From the NCBI GenBank assembly GCA_964202905.1, contig CAXNJO010000009.1, forward strand, positions 128,001 through 192,000: DNA of 64,000 nt, in the 5' to 3' direction. Position 1 is the stretch's first letter. Every line of letters starts with the position of its first letter. This document shows, piece after piece, positions 11,691 to 25,216 of the stretch. The position numbers were made by a program, and so were the translations under genes. The DNA comes from Polyangiales bacterium (lineage in GTDB: Bacteria; Myxococcota_A; Polyangia; Polyangiales; JADJQN01). The notes under the pieces are model-generated. The model had not been told where the DNA came from and made no database searches. It saw nothing but the letters and a program-made list of their open reading frames with translations.

Positions 11691-11772
11691 TGAAACGCTC
11701 TGCAACGCGGGGCACCCGCGAACCGCCCTCAAAACCGGCCCGTCATCAGCCCCGCTGAAACACGCCGCAACG
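11691..11772 (+). repeat. Two direct copies of TGAAAC-N5-GCAACG, 65 bp apart
   Basis: Copies at 11691-11707 and 11756-11772 in the glmM/cdaR convergent gap. Confidence 0.6.
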
Positions 11773-11853
11773 AAGAGAAACATGCGGTGCGCGCCGCGCG
11801 GCGCGGGCCCCGCGGCATGCCACACGCTCCGCGCGCGGCCTCGGCACACCCAC

Positions 11854-12813
11854 TCAGCGCGTCGCCGAGACGAGCACTTCGGGCGGCGTCACGGAGACGA
11901 CCTCGATCCCCTCGGGCAGTCCGTGCACCTCGACGGGCCGCATCGTCGCGCCGGAGCCCGCGCCCGCCTCGCCGACCGTGATCGTCGGGATGACGACGTC
12001 CCGCTCGAAGTCCGCGACCACGTCGCGCGTGCCGCGCAGCACCACGTCAACGCGCGCAGGCCGCAGCTCCGTCCGCGGCCCGCCGCCGACGGCCGCGACC
12101 GTCAGGCGCCGGAGCGTGAGCGATTCGAGCTTCGGCAGGAACTCGAACGTCACGCGCACGGGCGCGCCGTCGCCGAACGTCACGTGCGGCGGCGCGGCGG
12201 CGAGCGGCACACGCACGTCCTGGGAGCCCGCCGCATAGCGCGCGAGATCGATCGGCGCGGTGCTCACCTCCGTCAGCCGATCGACGACCGAGGCCGGGCC
12301 GACGACGCGCACCTCCGCGGGGTCGACACGCCGCGCACCGCGGACCTCGAGACCCTCGGGCGGCGCGCCCACGAGCGAGACGACGACCGGCAGGCGGCGC
12401 TCGGCGCGCTCGGCCCACGCGAGCTCCAGCATCGGCGGGTTGAGCTGCACCACGCGCAGGCCCGCCGGCAGGTCGAGCGGCGTCGCGTCGACGTTCACGA
12501 AGCGGCGCCCGGTATCGCGCAGGTCGAGCTGGATGGGCGGGAGCGGCTCGCGGCCGAGCGCCTGCACGAGCGCGCGGCGCCCGCTCACGGTGACGCGCAC
12601 GGTGTCGGGCACGTCGGAGAGCAGCATCTTCCGCGCGGATGCCGGCGGCAGCAGCGTCACCACGTCCACGGAGACGCTCCGCTGCAGGTCCCCCGCGCCA
12701 TGCACGATCGAGAAGAGCAGCACCGCGGCCGCGAGCGCGACGATCTTCAGGCCGAGGTTGTCCGTGAGCGCGCGGAGCCCGCGTGCGGCGGGGCGCACCT
12801 TGCGCGTGGGCAT
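11854..12813 (-). CDS. cdaR: CdaR/YbbR-like domain protein
   Basis: NLGLKIVAL TM anchor, repeated YbbR-like beta domains (P..V.V.G). Translationally coupled to cdaA. Confidence 0.88.
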   Translation of the reverse strand: MPTRKVRPAARGLRALTDNLGLKIVALAAAVLLFSIVHGAGDLQRSVSVDVVTLLPPASARKMLLSDVPDTVRVTVSGRRALVQALGREPLPPIQLDLRDTGRRFVNVDATPLDLPAGLRVVQLNPPMLELAWAERAERRLPVVVSLVGAPPEGLEVRGARRVDPAEVRVVGPASVVDRLTEVSTAPIDLARYAAGSQDVRVPLAAAPPHVTFGDGAPVRVTFEFLPKLESLTLRRLTVAAVGGGPRTELRPARVDVVLRGTRDVVADFERDVVIPTITVGEAGAGSGATMRPVEVHGLPEGIEVVSVTPPEVLVSATR

Positions 12814-13841
12814 CAGGAGGGCTCCTCCGCCGAGGGCACGCGCGGCGGCGGCGGCACCGAGGCCGCGGGCTCGACGACGGCGGCGCGGCGCTCGACGCCG
12901 GGCGGCACCGAAGGCGCGCTCCCCGAGCGGCGCTCGACCGCCGCGCTCGAGCCGGTGGCGCTGCTCCCCGCGAGCGGGGAGAGCATCCCGGTGGCCGAGG
13001 GGCGCAGGGACGCGGTGCCCGCACGGTCACCCGGGCGCCGCGTCGAGCGCCGCTTGTAGAAGAGGCCGAGCAGCGCCTCACGCAGGCTGTGTGCGTCGAG
13101 GCTGCGGACGATGTTGCCGTTGAAGCAGATCGAGACCGCGCCTTTTTCCTCCGAGACGACGACGACCACGGCGTCGGTCTCCTCGGTGATGCCGATGGCC
13201 GCGCGGTGACGCGTGCCGAGCGACTTGTCGATGCGCGGGCTCGCGGTGAGCGGGAGGAAGCACCCGGCCTTCCACACGCGGCGATCGCGGATGACCACGG
13301 CGCCGTCGTGCATCGGGTTCTCGAAGCTCGGGATGAAGACGCTGTAGAGCAGCTCCTTCGACACCGCCGCGTCGAGCTCCGTCCCCTCGTCGAGGAACTC
13401 CTCGAGGCTCGCGTCACGCTCGAAGACGATCAGCCCGCCGATGCGCTTGTGCGCGAGCTGCAGCGCGGCCTTGATGACCTCCTCGATGACGTGCGTCTCT
13501 TGCGCGTTGCCCTCGCCGCGCAGCCATGGGCGGCTGCCGAAGCGCGTCAGCGCGCGGCGGATGTCGTTCTGAAAGACGACGACGACGATGAGCACGATGT
13601 ACGTGATCATCGAGTCCATCATCGTGAAGAGCGTGACGAGCTCGAGGAGCCGCGCCGCCTGGTAGAGCGCGAAGACGAGCGCGAGCCCGATGCCCATCTG
13701 CATCGCGCGCGTGCCCTTCATGAGCAACAGCACGCGGTAGAGCAAGAACGCGACGAGCGCGATGTCGGCGAGATCGATCGCGACCGCCGCCGGCGACCGC
13801 GCGAAGAAGTCCGCGACCCGCGCGAGCCACTCGGCCATCAT
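12813..13841 (-). CDS. cdaA: Membrane diadenylate cyclase (c-di-AMP synthase)
   Basis: Three N-terminal TM helices, VVFQNDIRRAL, HDGA and GTRHRAA catalytic motifs, VSEEKG. Confidence 0.95.
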   Translation of the reverse strand: MMAEWLARVADFFARSPAAVAIDLADIALVAFLLYRVLLLMKGTRAMQMGIGLALVFALYQAARLLELVTLFTMMDSMITYIVLIVVVVFQNDIRRALTRFGSRPWLRGEGNAQETHVIEEVIKAALQLAHKRIGGLIVFERDASLEEFLDEGTELDAAVSKELLYSVFIPSFENPMHDGAVVIRDRRVWKAGCFLPLTASPRIDKSLGTRHRAAIGITEETDAVVVVVSEEKGAVSICFNGNIVRSLDAHSLREALLGLFYKRRSTRRPGDRAGTASLRPSATGMLSPLAGSSATGSSAAVERRSGSAPSVPPGVERRAAVVEPAASVPPPPRVPSAEEPS

Positions 13842-14767
13842 CGGAGCGCCTCCGCGAGGAGGAGCGCCTGCCGCACCTCGCGCACGTCGTGCACGCGCAG
13901 CGCCCGGGCCCCGGCGCGCGCGGCATGCACGGCAGCGGCGATGCCCGCCGCGAGCCGGTCACCGGGCGCGGGGCGCGCACCGTCGGCGTCGGGGGCGGCC
14001 TCCGCGAGGAACGACTTGCGCGACGCGCCGACGAGCACCGGCCGCCCGGTCGCGACGAGCGCATCGACGCGCGCGAGCAAGAGGAGCGACTGCGCGGGCG
14101 TCTTCGCGAAGCCGAGCCCGGGATCGAGCCAGACCCGCGCGCGTTTCACGCCCGCCTGCTCGGCGCGGGCGCACGCTTCCGCGAGCTCGGCGAGCACCTC
14201 GCCGACGAGGTCGGCGTAGCACGCGGCCTCGGGGGTCACCTCGCCGCGCCCGCGGTTGTGCATGAGCACGAGGTCGGCCTCGGCCTCGGCCGCGACGCGC
14301 AGGAGCGCAGGGTCTCGGCCGCAGGACACGTCGTTGACGATAGTCGCCCCGGCCTCGAGCGCGGCACGCGCGACCTCGCCCTTGGTCGTGTCGATCGAGA
14401 CGCGCGCCCCCCCGCGCGCGAGCGCCACGACGACCGGGACCACGCGGGCGCGCTCCTCGTCCGCCGACACCGCCGCGTACCCCGCGCCGTACGTGGCGCC
14501 GCGCGGACGCGTCGACTCCCCGCCGACGTCCACCACCGACGCGCCGGCGGCCCACAGCGCGCGGCCCTGCGCGAGGGCCGCGTCGAGATCGAGGAAGCGG
14601 CCGCCGTCGCTGAACGAGTCGGGGGTGACGTTGAGCACGCCCCAGAGCGCGCAATCGGACCAACGCGACGCGACCCGGGACGACGCCTCGCGCCCCGGGT
14701 CCGCAGCATGCGCGCTCGTGTCCGACGTCGCGGAGCCTCCCGGCTCCCCCCCACACTTCATCGCCAT
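13838..14767 (-). CDS. folP: Dihydropteroate synthase (start uncertain)
   Basis: GVLNVTPDSFSDGG, DVGGESTRP, SIDT, DPGLGFAK, SRKSFL, RVHDV. Confidence 0.96.
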   Translation of the reverse strand: MAMKCGGEPGGSATSDTSAHAADPGREASSRVASRWSDCALWGVLNVTPDSFSDGGRFLDLDAALAQGRALWAAGASVVDVGGESTRPRGATYGAGYAAVSADEERARVVPVVVALARGGARVSIDTTKGEVARAALEAGATIVNDVSCGRDPALLRVAAEAEADLVLMHNRGRGEVTPEAACYADLVGEVLAELAEACARAEQAGVKRARVWLDPGLGFAKTPAQSLLLLARVDALVATGRPVLVGASRKSFLAEAAPDADGARPAPGDRLAAGIAAAVHAARAGARALRVHDVREVRQALLLAEALR

Positions 14768-14794
14768 TCCGATCAGACGCGTCGCCGCGTCGGT

Positions 14795-16729
<1,935 letters not shown>

Positions 16730-16810
16730 GACGGCCTCATGGGGGAGTGCGCGGACAGGGGGGCCTCCCGGGGGATCCGCAGCGCAGAAGACGCCCGGAT
16801 TCGTAGCCGC

Positions 16811-16839
16811 GGGGTAGCATAGGGCCCCCCCGCCTTCAA
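16811..16839 (-). promoter_or_regulatory. Candidate sigma70-type promoter for ftsH
   Basis: Minus strand TTGAAG-17 nt-TACCCC with extended TG; the -10 match is imperfect. Confidence 0.35.
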
Positions 16840-16937
16840 AAGAACCACCCTTGCCCGCGCGGGCAGGAGCGACGCCGGGGACAGAGCGGGAGACGACACG
16901 GCAGGCGCCCTTGTGACGGCGGAGCGAGCGTCGCGTT

Positions 16938-17924
16938 TCACGCCGACTTGTCGGACGCGTCGCCGCCCGCCGGCGCGGCGACGAGCTGCCCCGCGACGAC
17001 GCGCGCGGTGCGCCGCCCTGGGAGCCGCACCTCGCCGCGCCCCGTGCACACGAGCGCGTCGAGCGCCTCGAGGTGCGCGCGCGAGACGGGACGGGACGGG
17101 GCATCGCCGGCCCAGCGCGCGAGCGCGCAGCGACGTACGGCGGACCGCGACCGCGCGAGGATCGCGACCGACGGGCGCTCGAGGCCCGCGCGACGCAGCA
17201 GCGCCCCGCCCGCCGCGCGGAGGGCCGCGTCGGCGGCGCGGGCATCGTCGGCGAGCGCGGCGAGGTGGTCGACGACCCCGGGGTCGATCGCCGCGAGCGC
17301 GGGCAGCACGTCCGCCCGGAGCCGCGACCGCAGGAAACGCGGATCGGCGTTCGAGGGGTCGTCGACGAAGGGCAGGCCCTCGGCGATCACGAGCGCGCGC
17401 ACGTCGGCCCGCGCGCAGTCGATGAGCGGGCGCACGATCCCATCGGCGCGGCGCGGCGCGGTGCCCCCGAGCCCCCGCAGGGAGCTGCCGCGCAGCAAGC
17501 GGGCGAGGACCGTCTCCGCCTGGTCCTCGCGCGTGTGCCCCACGGCGACGTGCTCCGCGCCCACGCCTGCGGCGGCCTCACGCAGGGCGGCGTACCGGGC
17601 TTCCCGCGCGGCGGCCTGGAGCGACCCGCGGCGCGGGACGGTCACCGCGAGCGCGCGGAAGGGCACGCCGAGCGTCGCCGCCTGCTGCGCCGCGATCGCG
17701 ACGTCGCGCGCAGCGTCCGGGCGGAGGCCATGGTCGACCGATGCCGCCACGAGCGTGACGCCAAGCTCCGGGGCGAGTCGCGCGAGGGCGAGCAGGAGCC
17801 CGGCCGAGTCCGCGCCGCCCGAACACGCGACGAGCACGGTGCGCGCGGCGCGCGTTGGATGGCAGAGCAGACTGCGCCTCGCCAGGGTGCGCCGTACCGC
17901 GCCGATCACGTGCTCGGACCCCAC
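16938..17924 (-). CDS. tilS: tRNA(Ile)-lysidine synthase, short form
   Basis: SGGADS PP-loop, [32 protein letters not shown]. Lies upstream of ftsH. Confidence 0.95.
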   Translation of the reverse strand: MGSEHVIGAVRRTLARRSLLCHPTRAARTVLVACSGGADSAGLLLALARLAPELGVTLVAASVDHGLRPDAARDVAIAAQQAATLGVPFRALAVTVPRRGSLQAAAREARYAALREAAAGVGAEHVAVGHTREDQAETVLARLLRGSSLRGLGGTAPRRADGIVRPLIDCARADVRALVIAEGLPFVDDPSNADPRFLRSRLRADVLPALAAIDPGVVDHLAALADDARAADAALRAAGGALLRRAGLERPSVAILARSRSAVRRCALARWAGDAPSRPVSRAHLEALDALVCTGRGEVRLPGRRTARVVAGQLVAAPAGGDASDKSA

Positions 17925-18039
17925 GGCGCACCATACCGCAGCGGTTGTCCCGCGCGGACAGGTCCGCTACGGTCCGGCCGCCCTTTGCCCCGACGCGCAC
18001 CGCGCGCGCTCGCGGAACGCGTCCCCACGAGGTCCACCC

Positions 18040-19416
18040 ATGCGCCGTCTGCTCGCCCTCCGCCTCCTCGCCGCCGCCCTCGCCGCTCCGCTCGCCTTCG
18101 CGCTCGCCGCGTGCGGGGACGACGACGACGCCCCCCCGCCCCCGGCCGACCTCGGGCCCGCGGACGCCGGACCGGGGACGGACCTCGGTCGCGACCTCGG
18201 CGCTCCGGATGCAGGCGTCGACGCCGGCCCGGCCGGCTGCACCGAGCGCTGCGGCATCGTCGAGATCACCGCGGGTCTCTTCCACACCTGTGCGCGCCGT
18301 GAGAACGGCGAGGTGCTTTGTTGGGGCAGCAACTATTTCCGTGAGCTCGGCGACGGCAGCGGGCGCCACCTCAGCTGCCCGCCCGTCTTCGACGAACTCC
18401 CCACGGATTGTCAGGCGCGGCCCGTCGCGGTGAGCAACATCGAGGGCGCGACGGACATCGAGGCGCACAACGGCCCGACGACGTGCGGCCGCGTCGCGGA
18501 CGGCACCTGGAAGTGCTGGGGCCTCGAGTTCATCAACACCGGCACCGGGCAGCCCGAGCAGTTCAACATCGCGACGGCCTTCCCCCGCCTCGATGGCGTC
18601 GCGCAGCTCGGGCCGGCGTTCGGCGTCGCGTGCGGCGTCGACACAGCGGGCGGCGTCCGCTGCATCGGCGGCAACCAGCTCGGGCAGCTCGGTGACGGCA
18701 CGACGACGGAGCGCCGCTCGCCGGTGACCGTGTCCGGGCTCACGGGCGTGGCCGAAGTCCACAGCAGCGGCTCACACACCTGCGCCCGCCTCACGGATGG
18801 CGGCGTGCGCTGCTGGGGCAGCAACGAGAGCGGACAGCTCGGCGACGGGCTCTCGACGCACACGATCTCGTGCCGCCGCGGCAGCACCGACATCGACTGC
18901 GTCAACGCGCCGGTCACCGTCTCCGGCATCGACGACGCGACCGGACTCGCGGTGGGCAATCAGTCGAGCTGTGCGCTCCGCGCGGACGGCAGCGTGTGGT
19001 GCTGGGGCGCGAACTTCTTCGGTCAGCTCGGCAACGGCGCGCTTCTCGACGCCAACGCGCCCAATCAGGTGATGGGCCTCGCGGGCGCCACGGCGATCGC
19101 GGCCGGCGGCAATCACTTCTGCGCGCTCGTGGCGGGGGGCGCCGTCAAGTGCTGGGGGCTCAACTTCGACGCGCAGCTCGGGGACGACGAGGCGCACGAG
19201 ATGTGCGTCTTCGCCTCGGAGTCGCAGGACTGCTCGAAGCTGCCGGTCGACGTGGCGGGCGTGACCGGCGCCACGTCCCTCGCGCTCGGCGCGAGCCACT
19301 CCTGTGCGCTCACGCCCGCGGGCGTGACCTGCTGGGGCGACAACGTCCTCTATCAGGCGGGCACGCGCGCCGAGATGCGCGTCACCGTCCCCGCGGTCGT
19401 CGCCGGCATCCCCTGA
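18040..19416 (+). CDS. RCC1/BLIP-II repeat beta-propeller lipoprotein
   Basis: Lipobox LAAC, DLG/DAG linker, repeated HTCA...G.V.CWG.N..GQLG units. Confidence 0.9.
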   Translation: MRRLLALRLLAAALAAPLAFALAACGDDDDAPPPPADLGPADAGPGTDLGRDLGAPDAGVDAGPAGCTERCGIVEITAGLFHTCARRENGEVLCWGSNYFRELGDGSGRHLSCPPVFDELPTDCQARPVAVSNIEGATDIEAHNGPTTCGRVADGTWKCWGLEFINTGTGQPEQFNIATAFPRLDGVAQLGPAFGVACGVDTAGGVRCIGGNQLGQLGDGTTTERRSPVTVSGLTGVAEVHSSGSHTCARLTDGGVRCWGSNESGQLGDGLSTHTISCRRGSTDIDCVNAPVTVSGIDDATGLAVGNQSSCALRADGSVWCWGANFFGQLGNGALLDANAPNQVMGLAGATAIAAGGNHFCALVAGGAVKCWGLNFDAQLGDDEAHEMCVFASESQDCSKLPVDVAGVTGATSLALGASHSCALTPAGVTCWGDNVLYQAGTRAEMRVTVPAVVAGIP

Positions 19417-19441
19417 TCGCGCGGCCCCCTCCCCACGCAAG

Positions 19442-19474
19442 GAAGGCCCGGCGTCTCGGACGTCGGGCCTTCTT
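19442..19474. terminator. Hairpin between convergent genes, probable terminator
   Basis: GAAGGCCCGGCGTC-tcg-GACGTCGGGCCTTC, a 14-bp stem with one G-U pair, followed by TT. Confidence 0.7.
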
Positions 19475-19514
19475 CGCGTCGAGCGCCGGAGTGACGGGTC
19501 GCCGCGCGGCGCCC

Positions 19515-19820
19515 TCAGGGCTGGTAGCCGCGGACCACGTCGCGAGGCGGCCGCTCGACGCTGACGATCGCGCTCGTCACGAGATCGCGACCATCCGAGT
19601 GGAAGAAGAGCGAGTCGCCGATCCGCGGGAGACCGTCGTGCGGCGTGACCCCGCCCGTCGGCTGGAAACGCAGCGAACCGTGCACGGCGTTGCCGCTCGC
19701 GAGGTGCGCGCGCAACCACTCCCCGCTCCGGCGGTCGCGGACGGCGACGCAGACGTCGCGCTTCACGTGGTACTCGGTGTTGCGCGTCACGAAGACTTTG
19801 TGGATACGGCGCTCGTGCAT
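19515..19820 (-). CDS. Small hypothetical protein (101 aa)
   Basis: Strong GAGGAG RBS and non-low-complexity sequence (TRNTEYH..CVAVRDR). Confidence 0.75.
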   Translation of the reverse strand: MHERRIHKVFVTRNTEYHVKRDVCVAVRDRRSGEWLRAHLASGNAVHGSLRFQPTGGVTPHDGLPRIGDSLFFHSDGRDLVTSAIVSVERPPRDVVRGYQP

Positions 19821-19899
19821 TCGGTCTCCTCTTCGGGGAACACGCCCGAAGTCGAGAAGCTACACACACCTACATCAGCCACCAACAAAGTGACGACGC

Positions 19900-21003
19900 A
19901 TGATCGACGAGGACGACCGGGCGCGCCCGCTCCTGCTGTGCGCCGACAATTTCACGCCCCCTCAGCGCACCCCGTGGGGCGGCACCCGCCTCCTCCGCAC
20001 GCTCAAGGCCGATGCGCCGATCGCCGCGGAGAAGGCGGCCGCGACCTGCGTCGGTGAGAGCTGGGAGCTCTCTGTCGAACCCGACTTCCCGAGCCTGGTC
20101 GAGGGCGCCCCGGGGGCGCAGGGCTCGCGGCCGCTCGCGGCCGTGATCACCGAGGATCCGTACGCGTTCCTCGGCCGCGAGGCGCTGCGCGGACGCCGAG
20201 GGACGGCGCTGCTCATCAAGTTGCTCGACACCGCGGACGCACTCAGCGTGCAGATTCACCCAGCCGACGACTACGCGGGCCTCGCCCCCGACGAGGCGGG
20301 CAAGCCAGAGAGCTGGTATGTGGTCTCTCGCGAGCCGGGCGCCGGCCTCTACCTCGGCCTCGCCGCGGGCGTCACGCGCGCGTCGCTCGCGGCCGCGCTC
20401 GACGACGGCGCCGACCTGACGCCGATGCTCGGCTTCGTGCCGGTCGAGCCGGGCGACTTCTTCCTCATCGAGGCCGGCACGCCGCACGCGATCGGGCCTG
20501 GCCTCGTCCTTGTCGAACCGCAGCACGTCACCCCGGGAAAGCGCGGCCTCACCTACCGCTTCTGGGATTGGAACCGCCGCTACGACGCCCGCGGCCTGCC
20601 CGATCCGGAGGGCGCACCGCGCGCCCTGCACGTCGCGGACGCGCTCGCCGTCACCCGCTGGGACGCGCCGCGCGGCGCAGACTTCGCGGCCTCGGTGCGC
20701 CTCCGCGCGGGTGCGCCCGACGTGCACGCGCCGGCCCGCCTCGAGCGGCTCTCCGGCCCGCATGGCGGCCTCGCGAGCCCGTGGCTCGACGTCGCGCGAA
20801 TCACCGGGACGGGCGCGCTCGCATGGCGCGCGCCGGGCGCGCTCGTCGGGCTCACGGTCGTCGACGGATCCGTCACCGTCGTCGAGCCGCGCGGCCGCCG
20901 GACGCGCGTCGCCGCCGGACGCACCGCGGCGCTGCCCGCCTGCATCGGCGACGTGCGCCTCGAGCTCGACGCCGCGCACGCCGTGCTCGCGTCGATCCCC
21001 TGA
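19900..21003 (+). CDS. manA: Type I mannose-6-phosphate isomerase-like cupin
   Basis: PWGG, GESWE, LLIKLLD, LSVQIHP, GKPESW, AGTPHAIG, TYRFWDWNR. Confidence 0.85.
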   Translation: MIDEDDRARPLLLCADNFTPPQRTPWGGTRLLRTLKADAPIAAEKAAATCVGESWELSVEPDFPSLVEGAPGAQGSRPLAAVITEDPYAFLGREALRGRRGTALLIKLLDTADALSVQIHPADDYAGLAPDEAGKPESWYVVSREPGAGLYLGLAAGVTRASLAAALDDGADLTPMLGFVPVEPGDFFLIEAGTPHAIGPGLVLVEPQHVTPGKRGLTYRFWDWNRRYDARGLPDPEGAPRALHVADALAVTRWDAPRGADFAASVRLRAGAPDVHAPARLERLSGPHGGLASPWLDVARITGTGALAWRAPGALVGLTVVDGSVTVVEPRGRRTRVAAGRTAALPACIGDVRLELDAAHAVLASIP

Positions 21004-21046
21004 ATCGCCCCTCGACGGGGCCGGTCGGCTGCTACCTTCGGGCGCC

Positions 21047-22390
<1,344 letters not shown>

Positions 22391-22463
22391 CGCTCGCGGG
22401 TTCTCTGCGAACTTAGCGCCCGCCGCGCAGCCTGCGCGCCTGCGACACGGGAAAGAGCCCAAG

Positions 22464-23199
22464 ATGGCCCCCAAGGACGACAAGACGACCGTGACGCCGC
22501 GCGTCTCGATCATCATTCCCGATCTACAACGAGGAAGCGATCCTCCACGCCGCCGTCGTCGACCTGATCGACCGGCTCGAGGAGTTCGACTGGCCGTACG
22601 AGCTCGTCCTCGCGGAGAACGGCTCGAAGGACCGCACCGTCGAGATCGCGCGCGAGCTCTCGGAGCGCTTCCCGCAGGTGAAGTACTTCTCGCTCGGCGA
22701 GCCGAACTACGGCAAGGCGCTCCGCAAGGGCATCCTCGAGGCGCGCGGCGAGTTCGTGCTCTGCGACGAGATCGACCTCTGCGACACCGACTTCTACCGC
22801 CGCGCGATGGCCATCCTCGAGACGAACGGCGCCGATTTCGTCGTCGGCTCGAAGGCGCTCTCGGGCGCGAGCGACGAGCGCCCCGCGCTGCGGCGCGCGG
22901 GCACCGTCGTCATCAACGGCATGTTGCGGGTCGCGCTCGGCTTCAAGGGCACGGACACGCACGGGCTCAAGGCCTTCCGGCGCCTGCCGGCGGCCGAGGT
23001 CGCGCGGCAGTGCCTCGTCGACAAGGACCTCTTCGCGAGCGAGCTCGTCATCCGCGCCGAGCGCGCGGGCCTGCGCATGCAGGAGATCCCCGTGCGCGTC
23101 CTCGAGAAGCGCCCGCCGTCGATCCACCTCTTCCGCCGCGTCCCGACCGTCCTGCGTCACATGGCGAAGCTCTTCGTCGCGATTCGCATCAAGGGCTGA
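22464..23199 (+). CDS. Glycosyltransferase family 2 (polyprenol-phosphate glycosyltransferase-like), +1 frameshift at the CCC run 22518-22520
   Basis: [43 protein letters not shown] after removing one C. Confidence 0.85.
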
Positions 23200-23203
23200 G
23201 CGC

Positions 23204-24208
23204 GTGGCGCGCGCGCGGGCCGCATCGAGGGCTGACGGCACGGCGCGGCCACCCGAGCGGCTCGCCGCGCTGAGCGTCGACCTCGACGAGATCGGCTGTT
23301 ACGCCGCCATCCACGGGCTCGACGCGCCCTGGGACGACTCGGCGCACGCCATCTACGAGCGCGCGATCGAGCGTTTCGCCGCGCTCTTCGCCGACGAGGG
23401 CGTCCCGGCCACCTTCTTCGTCGTCGGCGCGGACCTCGCGCGCCCCGAGAACGCCGCCCGCATCGCGCGGCTGCACGCGCGGGGCCACGAGATCGGCAAC
23501 CACTCGCTCTCGCACCTCTACGACCTCACGCGCCGCGACGCCGCCACCGTCCGCGCCGAGATCGCGGGCGGCATCGCGGCGATCGAGCAGGCGACGGGGC
23601 GCGCCCCCGTCGGCTTCCGCGCGCCCGGCTACACGGTCACGGACACGGTGTTCGAGGCGCTCGCCGCGCTCGGCGTCCGCTACGACTCCAGCGTCTTCCC
23701 CTGCCCGGCCTACTACGCCGCGAAGGCCGCCGCGATCGGCGCCATCGCCCTGCGCGGCCGCGCGAGCCAGAGCGTCGTCGACGATCCGCGCATGCTCATG
23801 GCGCCCGCCGACCCGTACCACCCGCGCCGCCCGTACTGGTGCGCAGAGGCCCGCGGCGCGGCCCGCCCCGGCGACGTGATCGAGCTGCCCATCGGCGTCA
23901 CGCGCGGCGTCACGGGCCGCCTGCCTTACATCGGGACGGACGTGGTGCTCGGGGGCGAACGCGCCGCGCGTGCACTGACCGCCGCCATCGTCGGCCGCCC
24001 GCTCGTGAACCTCGAGCTGCACGGCATCGACCTCGCGGACGCCGCCGAGGACGGGCTCGGCTGGCTGCGCCCGCACCAGATCGATCTCCGCCGCACCGCG
24101 CGCGAGAAAGAGGCCGCGCTGCGGGCCGCGATCGGCGGGCTCCGCGACGCGGGGTACCGCTTCGTGACGCTCGCGGAGGCGGCGTCCGTGTTCGGCGCGC
24201 GCGACTGA
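23204..24208 (+). CDS. Polysaccharide deacetylase (CE4/NodB-like)
   Basis: SVDLD, ATFFVVG, HEIGNHSLSH, GFRAPGY, YDSS, ELP. Confidence 0.88.
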   Translation: MARARAASRADGTARPPERLAALSVDLDEIGCYAAIHGLDAPWDDSAHAIYERAIERFAALFADEGVPATFFVVGADLARPENAARIARLHARGHEIGNHSLSHLYDLTRRDAATVRAEIAGGIAAIEQATGRAPVGFRAPGYTVTDTVFEALAALGVRYDSSVFPCPAYYAAKAAAIGAIALRGRASQSVVDDPRMLMAPADPYHPRRPYWCAEARGAARPGDVIELPIGVTRGVTGRLPYIGTDVVLGGERAARALTAAIVGRPLVNLELHGIDLADAAEDGLGWLRPHQIDLRRTAREKEAALRAAIGGLRDAGYRFVTLAEAASVFGARD

Positions 24209-24222
24209 ACCGCCATTCATTC
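24206..24222. promoter_or_regulatory. Palindrome TGAAC-CGCC-ATTCA-TTC (copy 2 of 3), overlapping the deacetylase stop codon
   Basis: 24204-24223 matches 52646-52665 at 19 of 20 positions. Confidence 0.5.
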
Positions 24223-24281
24223 GCGCGGCAGGGCGTGGAGCGCGGCAGCGCAACGGGCGAACGGCGAACGGCGCAGCGCGA

Positions 24282-25052
24282 TCAGTCGCTGACGGTCGTC
24301 CAGGCGCGGGTCGCGCGGCGTCGTACGGCCTCGGTCGCGAGGGCGTCGGCACGCTCGTTGAGCGGCACGCCGGAGTGTCCGGGCACGTAGCGCAGCTCGA
24401 CGACCGCGAGCCGCTTCAAGGCCTGCTTCACCTCGGCGACGAGCGCGACGTTGGCCTTCGCCTTCCAGCCCTTCTGCAGGACGCCGATCGCGTAGCTCGA
24501 GTCGGTGAAGATGGTGACCGCCCGAGGGTCCCCCGCGACGATGCACTCGACCGCACGGAGGATCGCGGTGAGCTCCGCGACGTTGTTCGTGCCGACCCCG
24601 AGGTACTCGCTCAGCTCGCGCCGGCGCTCGCCCTCGATCACCACGACGCCGAGCCCGCACGGCCCCGGGTTGCCACTGCACGCCCCGTCCGCGTAGGCGA
24701 CCACGCCTCCCCGCGCGAACGCGGCGGGCCCATGCTCGGCCGCGTGCGCGGCGGCGGCGGCCTCCTTGCGCGCGTCGGCGCCGAGCTTCCCGCCTCCGCC
24801 CGCGCGCGCGCCCGTGCGCGGCGGCGGTGGTGCGCCGGGCACGAGCGTCGGGTCGTCCGGGCAGGCGTCGTCGGGGAGCAGCGCGGCGCCCCCCGCGATG
24901 GCGCCGAGGTTGCGCTCGCCGGCCTGGTACGCCTTCGGCGCGCCGAGCTTGTAGCGCACCTCGACGCGGCCACCGACCGCACGCAGGCGGCCATCCGGCT
25001 CGCAACGGGCGAGCACCTTCGCGTCACGCAGCATCATCCAGCGCCAGGGCAC
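24282..25052 (-). CDS. rnhA: Ribonuclease HI with an N-terminal extra domain
   Basis: DGACSGNPG, TNNVAEL, TDSSY, GHSGVPLNERADALA. Confidence 0.9.
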   Translation of the reverse strand: MPWRWMMLRDAKVLARCEPDGRLRAVGGRVEVRYKLGAPKAYQAGERNLGAIAGGAALLPDDACPDDPTLVPGAPPPPRTGARAGGGGKLGADARKEAAAAAHAAEHGPAAFARGGVVAYADGACSGNPGPCGLGVVVIEGERRRELSEYLGVGTNNVAELTAILRAVECIVAGDPRAVTIFTDSSYAIGVLQKGWKAKANVALVAEVKQALKRLAVVELRYVPGHSGVPLNERADALATEAVRRRATRAWTTVSD

Positions 25053-25216
25053 GGGCAGCGTCTATCAGAGAGGGCGCCCCACGCACAACCGATCCGTCGC
25101 GCCCCGCCCCACGACGCGGCGGATCGCTCCGCAAAATGGTGCGGACGCGCGGCGCAAGGACGCGTCGGATGTCGCGAACCGCACTGCGAAACCGCGGTAC
25201 CCCGGCTATCTCCGCG

